64,000 nucleotides of DNA, from contig JAJYME010000006.1 of NCBI GenBank assembly GCA_021787205.1, forward strand, positions 15,644 to 79,643, read 5' to 3'. Source of the stretch: a bacterium. Lineage in GTDB: Bacteria; Patescibacteriota; Minisyncoccia; UBA6257; Colwellbacteraceae. How positions within the stretch are numbered: the first letter of the stretch is position 1; the number at the start of each line of letters is the position of its first letter. Below, piece after piece: positions 59,768-64,000 of this stretch. The notes below the pieces were generated by a model. That model worked only from the letters and a program-made list of their open reading frames with translations. It did not search any database and was not told the DNA's origin. A program made the position numbers and the translations under genes.

Positions 59768-61042
59768 TTATTTGTTCTTTTCTTTGAAATATTTGCGTCC
59801 GAGAAGCTTGTCAGGAAGATAGGTTTGCTCGATCGGGCCGTCATAATCAGGATTATATTTATAACCCTTGCTGTAGCCGATCTCCTTCATCAATTTTGTT
59901 GGCGCGTTTCGCAAGTGAAGCGGCACTGGCAAGTCTGGTTGGGATTTAACATCCGCCATTGCCTCGTTGAACGCCTTGTAGACCGCAATCGACTTCGGAC
60001 ACTTCGCCATATAGACGACCGCCTGCGCCAGATTCACTCCGCATTCCGGCATCCCGATAAATCGGGCGGCATCATAAGCGGCCAAAGCTTGGGTCAAAGC
60101 CGCCGGATTGGCTAGGCCTATATCCTCGGAGGCGAACCTGATAACCCTTCTCGCGATATAGAGAGGATCTTCTCCGGCCGCCAGCATCCTTGTGAGCCAA
60201 TAGATCGAAGCGTCAGCATCGGAACCTCTCATCGATTTATGAAGGGCTGAGATAAGATTATAATGACCCTCGCCATTCTTATCATAAATAAAATGGGATT
60301 TCTGAAATGCCTCTTTGGCCCTTTCAAGGTCTATGACTAACTCGCCCTTCTCGTTCTCCTTGTAAGACTTCACGGCGAATTCCAGGGAATTCAAAGCGGT
60401 TCTTGCGTCGCCATTGGCGGACATTGAAAGGAATCCGATAGCGTCTTCATCTATTCTTATCTTGAAGTTTCCCAAACCTTTCTTTTTGTCCTCCACCGCC
60501 CGAAGTATTATATTCTTGACGCTGTCTTCCTCAAGGGAGTTAAAAACGAAGACCTTGCATCGTGACAATAACGCCGAGTTGACCTCAAAGCTGGGATTCT
60601 CCGTCGTCGCCCCGATCAAGGTGATGGTCCCGTTTTCAACAAACGGCAAGAAAGCATCTTGTTGGGATTTATTAAACCTGTGAATCTCGTCGACAAAAAG
60701 GATCGTTCTCTGTCCGGTGGCTATGTTCCTCTTGCTGGCTTCCTCGATTATCTCACGAACTTCTTTGACCCCTCCGGCTACTGCCGAGAATTGGACAAAG
60801 ACACTTTCGGTCGTTTCGGCAATGATCCTTGCCAAGGTCGTCTTGCCGCAGCCTGGAGGACCCCAGAAGATCATCGAAGGAATATCGTCCCTCTCTATCG
60901 CCAGGCGTAAGATCTTCCCGTCCCCGATAATATCGAATTGACCCTCAAAATCAGCCAATGTTTTTGGCCTCATTCTTTCGGAAAGCGGTACTAGTTTTGA
61001 GTCGTCAAAAAGGCCCATCGATTTACCGTTATGATAACCCAT
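59768..61042 (-). CDS. rarA: Replication-associated recombination protein A (AAA+ MgsA/WRNIP family)
   Basis: FWGPPGCGKTTLARIIAE Walker A, a VDEIHRFNK Walker B region, and the MgsA C-terminal helical domain. Confidence 0.9.
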   Translation of the reverse strand: MGYHNGKSMGLFDDSKLVPLSERMRPKTLADFEGQFDIIGDGKILRLAIERDDIPSMIFWGPPGCGKTTLARIIAETTESVFVQFSAVAGGVKEVREIIEEASKRNIATGQRTILFVDEIHRFNKSQQDAFLPFVENGTITLIGATTENPSFEVNSALLSRCKVFVFNSLEEDSVKNIILRAVEDKKKGLGNFKIRIDEDAIGFLSMSANGDARTALNSLEFAVKSYKENEKGELVIDLERAKEAFQKSHFIYDKNGEGHYNLISALHKSMRGSDADASIYWLTRMLAAGEDPLYIARRVIRFASEDIGLANPAALTQALAAYDAARFIGMPECGVNLAQAVVYMAKCPKSIAVYKAFNEAMADVKSQPDLPVPLHLRNAPTKLMKEIGYSKGYKYNPDYDGPIEQTYLPDKLLGRKYFKEKNK

Positions 61043-61120
61043 TTGCCATAAAAATGAAAAAGCCGGACTTGACAGTCCGGCTTATTTTTTGCGTTCGTGA
61101 TTGGATATGCTGCAGCACTC

Positions 61121-61483
61121 TTACGCGATCGTATGACGCGATCTTTGGATGCACTTCAATATATTCGCGGGAGATTCTCCGCAGCGAAGCCTCTCGGTGT
61201 ATTCGAGGACAGAAAGGAATGAGCCAATCTGGTTGTCAGTGTTCGTGGCCACCATAAGGATCAACGCCCTTCCCTCCGGAGCCAGATCGAGCGGATAGAC
61301 AAGACGCTCAAGAAACGACACCCCGTCGATTCCGTAGAGCCCCGCTATCTGACAAGCCGCTTGAGGTACTGGATTTGACCTTCCGATAATCGATTTCAGC
61401 TGCCTTCTTTGCTCATCCGTGACATTTTTTCCGTATAGCATGTTGGCAAGCGCATCAACTTCATTTCTCTGATGTCTCACCAT
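61121..61483 (-). CDS. Hypothetical protein (120 aa)
   Basis: Clean ORF followed by a strong hairpin terminator at 61063-61095. No motif. Confidence 0.3.
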   Translation of the reverse strand: MVRHQRNEVDALANMLYGKNVTDEQRRQLKSIIGRSNPVPQAACQIAGLYGIDGVSFLERLVYPLDLAPEGRALILMVATNTDNQIGSFLSVLEYTERLRCGESPANILKCIQRSRHTIA

Positions 61484-61569
61484 GAGATCACACCCCTTTT
61501 CAAATTATTGGAACGATGGATTCTGATTAAAGATTACTCCCCTTGGCTCCCCAAAGTCAAATAAGGCTC

Positions 61570-62496
61570 TCAGAACCCGTTCCTCCTGGCAACTCCCTCC
61601 GCTTCCTCCGGGCCGAATAATTCCAGCTCTTTCTTAAAGAAGCCGCCGCAAGATTCATATTTGGAACAATCGAGGCACATCGGGATATAAGCCTTGTGAA
61701 CATCCTGATAAACATCGCCCTCCTTCTTATACTTTCCGTCCACTCCTTTCACGTTCCATAACTCCATTTTTGATTTGGTGTCAAAGAAAAATACATGCTT
61801 AGGAAGCTCTTGGGGCAGATAACATCGGGGAAAATTAAAAATGCTGACATTAGCAACCCCCATAAATACAGGAACGGTCTCGAGAAGCGATTGCTCTTTT
61901 TCCCTTGGAGAAACACAAAGCTCCTCATAAATATCCTTAGCCCTTCCATCGGGAATCAGATCGGAAATGGCCCAAAAGGAAACTCTGATATCAAGAAGCA
62001 GCTCCCCTATCTTATGAAATGTCTGGTGATTGAACCGGTTCATGACCGAAGCAACCGAGACCGTCGCTCCCGTCGCTAACAAGTTCTTTATGCCTTGGAC
62101 GCCCTCCTCAAAAGATCCTTTCGCATCGGTCATTTTCTCGTGCGTTTCAGCATCATGCCCGTGGACGGCGATTGTCGCATAGTTCAACCCGGCGCCAACC
62201 AAGGCATCGGAATATTCCTTGTTCGCCAACCTCCTGCCGTTAGTGCTGATCCCTATCTGTTTGTAGCCGCACTCCTTGGCAAACTTTATCAAATCAATCA
62301 CCCCCTCTCTCACCGTCGGTTCGCCTCCGGTAAACTCGATATGGCGGTGATCAGGAGCGTTTTTCCTGATTTGTTCCTTCGCCTCTTCAAAAGTCAGCTC
62401 CTCCGCCCTGTCCGCACCCGAATGAACACTGCACATAACGCAGCGGTTGTTGCACTTGTTTGCCCACCTTATGATCGTGACTGCATTCTCATTCAT
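61570..62496 (-). CDS. Radical SAM protein of unknown specificity
   Basis: CNNRCVMC (Cx3Cx2C) at the N-terminus, GGEP, and a C-terminal Cys cluster (CLDCSKYESCGG, SPASM/twitch-like). Confidence 0.75.
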   Translation of the reverse strand: MNENAVTIIRWANKCNNRCVMCSVHSGADRAEELTFEEAKEQIRKNAPDHRHIEFTGGEPTVREGVIDLIKFAKECGYKQIGISTNGRRLANKEYSDALVGAGLNYATIAVHGHDAETHEKMTDAKGSFEEGVQGIKNLLATGATVSVASVMNRFNHQTFHKIGELLLDIRVSFWAISDLIPDGRAKDIYEELCVSPREKEQSLLETVPVFMGVANVSIFNFPRCYLPQELPKHVFFFDTKSKMELWNVKGVDGKYKKEGDVYQDVHKAYIPMCLDCSKYESCGGFFKKELELFGPEEAEGVARRNGF

Positions 62497-62553
62497 ATTT
62501 ATAAAATTAGCATATTCTCATTGACCTGTCATTGATAAACTTACCGCTTCCTC

Positions 62554-63846
62554 TCAATTTGTAACTTCAATTATCCCGTTTACCATACCCATCCAGCACG
62601 AGAAGCGGTATCTTCCTGGCGTCGGAGCTACAAATTCCTTGATAACCGTCTTATTCAACGGTAGATCGACCTCGCCATTCCAAAGACTAGGCGAGATTAT
62701 GGCATTGGCGCATCCGGCGCCAAATTCGTTCGTTATCTCGAACCTGACTTTTGAGCCGGTCTTTACGGTCAGCTTGTTGGGCGAGAAACCGTATTCAGTT
62801 ACCCTCATCCTGATCGTCTCCTCCTCTCCAACCGGATTTTGGGCAAAGTCTCCCGCCTTTGCTTTCCTTATTAAAAGGTCAGCCTGAGAATAAATATTCC
62901 AAACTGAAAAAGCGATAATCAAAACGGCAACCGCCTTTGAGATAATTCCAAGCAACTTTCCGGTTCCGCTTATCTTTTGTCCGAATATAGAAATCAGGAA
63001 AAGCGGTATCAAGGTTCCTAAAGCGAAAAAGGTCATTATAAGGAGCCCCTTTATCGGGCTTCCTGATCGCAAAGCAAACATCTGAGCGGCAAAGGTAAAT
63101 CCGCAAGGAACGAAGAAGCTGAAAGCCCCGATTGCCGCCGGCTCGAAACGGCTTATTTTGCCATCCTCAACCAAGGAGAATTTATTCCTGAACAGTCTTA
63201 TCCCCGGGAAAGGGATATTCACCCCCAAGATATTCAGTCCAGATACAAGAATCATGATTGAGACAATGATCGTAAGATATGACGATATGGCTGGAATTCT
63301 GGAAACATAACCCCCAAGAACTCCTAAGACTCCACCGCCGACCATAAAACCCAAGACCCTTCCCAAACTGAAATAGGCCGCGGGAACGGCGGCAGACTGG
63401 TCTTTAAAAATCCTGGCCCATCGGGCGGAAACTGAAATCAATAATCCTCCAACCAAAGCTGCGCAAGTCGAGAATCCGGCTAAAATCCCGAATCCGAAAA
63501 AAGACGCCAGGGAGCTGTCTGAGGTGACACTGGCGAAAGATTTAAGCTTTGGATAGGCTACTATCGCCGCGATTATTGTCGCCGCCATCAAGATATATAA
63601 AGCCGCTTTTCTTCCCATCTCCCCCTCCGCTGGCTTTTCTTCGGCAAAACGATATTCGACGTCCTCGAATATTTGGTTGAGAGCTTTTGAGTCTATCTCG
63701 CTGTCATTCTCCTCGATTGTCAGGATTTGGTCATCGAGAGAAACATTGGCTGACTCGACTCCCTTCATTTTCTTGACCCGTTCCTCGATCAGTATTCCGC
63801 AAGAGGAACAATGCATTCCCGAAACATAAAATATTTTTTTATTCAT
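62554..63846 (-). CDS. HMA (MxCxxC) domain, then a polytopic permease with intramembrane Cys pairs, then a C-terminal cupredoxin-like domain
   Basis: N-terminal YVSGMHCSSCGILIE. A TM region with GFSTCAAL and FFVPCGFTF. A C-terminal beta-sandwich segment with Cys…C…M (FSCWMGM). Confidence 0.65.
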   Translation of the reverse strand: MNKKIFYVSGMHCSSCGILIEERVKKMKGVESANVSLDDQILTIEENDSEIDSKALNQIFEDVEYRFAEEKPAEGEMGRKAALYILMAATIIAAIVAYPKLKSFASVTSDSSLASFFGFGILAGFSTCAALVGGLLISVSARWARIFKDQSAAVPAAYFSLGRVLGFMVGGGVLGVLGGYVSRIPAISSYLTIIVSIMILVSGLNILGVNIPFPGIRLFRNKFSLVEDGKISRFEPAAIGAFSFFVPCGFTFAAQMFALRSGSPIKGLLIMTFFALGTLIPLFLISIFGQKISGTGKLLGIISKAVAVLIIAFSVWNIYSQADLLIRKAKAGDFAQNPVGEEETIRMRVTEYGFSPNKLTVKTGSKVRFEITNEFGAGCANAIISPSLWNGEVDLPLNKTVIKEFVAPTPGRYRFSCWMGMVNGIIEVTN

Positions 63847-63850
63847 CCGG

Positions 63851-64000
63851 CTATTTGGCCTCCTTGATTACCATTTGGGCGACTTTTATTATCTCTTCCG
63901 CCATCTCCTTTTGCCTCTTGACGTTCTTTGATTCCACCGCATCTTTGAAACAAGTATTCAAATGATTCTCCATCAACTGCCTATGGGCCGATCTCAAGAG
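63851..64000 (-). CDS. C-terminal end of an unidentified protein (partial at the window edge)
   Basis: Minus-strand reading frame is open to the window end and terminates at TAG (63851-63853). Confidence 0.3.
   Translation of the reverse strand, partial: LLRSAHRQLMENHLNTCFKDAVESKNVKRQKEMAEEIIKVAQMVIKEAK

Overview
This 64 kb window is densely packed, about 90% on the minus strand, and reads like a core housekeeping region of a small-genome bacterium. The short L3, a 62-aa L15, and no rpmD (L30) or rpmC (L29) at their usual positions point to a reduced ribosomal-protein complement; this, the pilin-like genes and the split comEC are consistent with, though not proof of, a CPR/Patescibacteria-like lineage. 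The standard genetic code fits every long ORF.

Gene order from low to high coordinates:
- tpiA (partial)
- mrdA-mreD-mreC-mreB, proS, rseP, frr, holB, a second mreB paralogue
- map-adk, a stand-alone type IV pilin-like gene, then secY
- the near-complete spc-S10 ribosomal-protein cluster (rplO through rpsJ)
- tuf-fusA-rpsG-rpsL
- a small M50 peptidase; rpmB and tRNA-Pro on the plus strand
- ndk-aspS preceded by a T-box leader
- a split comEC, mnmA, efp
- a tightly packed three-gene cassette (HTH protein, single-pass membrane protein, TraG/VirD4/FtsK-HerA-type ATPase) wedged between efp and secDF
- tRNA-Lys, dnaJ, a membrane protein, dnaK and grpE
- cysS-dnaB-recR on the plus strand
- rplU, tRNA-Glu(CUC), a GT2 glycosyltransferase
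- the dcw block mraZ-rsmH-ftsL-ftsI-murF
- tgt, ppaC, a PolB-exo-like exonuclease, rarA, a radical-SAM enzyme, and an HMA/permease/cupredoxin fusion protein

The non-coding observations I rate highest are:
- a family of three roughly 120-nt intergenic elements whose terminal and internal stems covary, which looks like a structured RNA;
- a T-box leader with an intrinsic terminator upstream of aspS;
- a duplicated tRNA-Pro 3' end with a GC-rich insert;
- an 84-bp in-frame tandem repeat at the 5' end of rpsE.

No CRISPR array, transposase or rRNA gene was seen.
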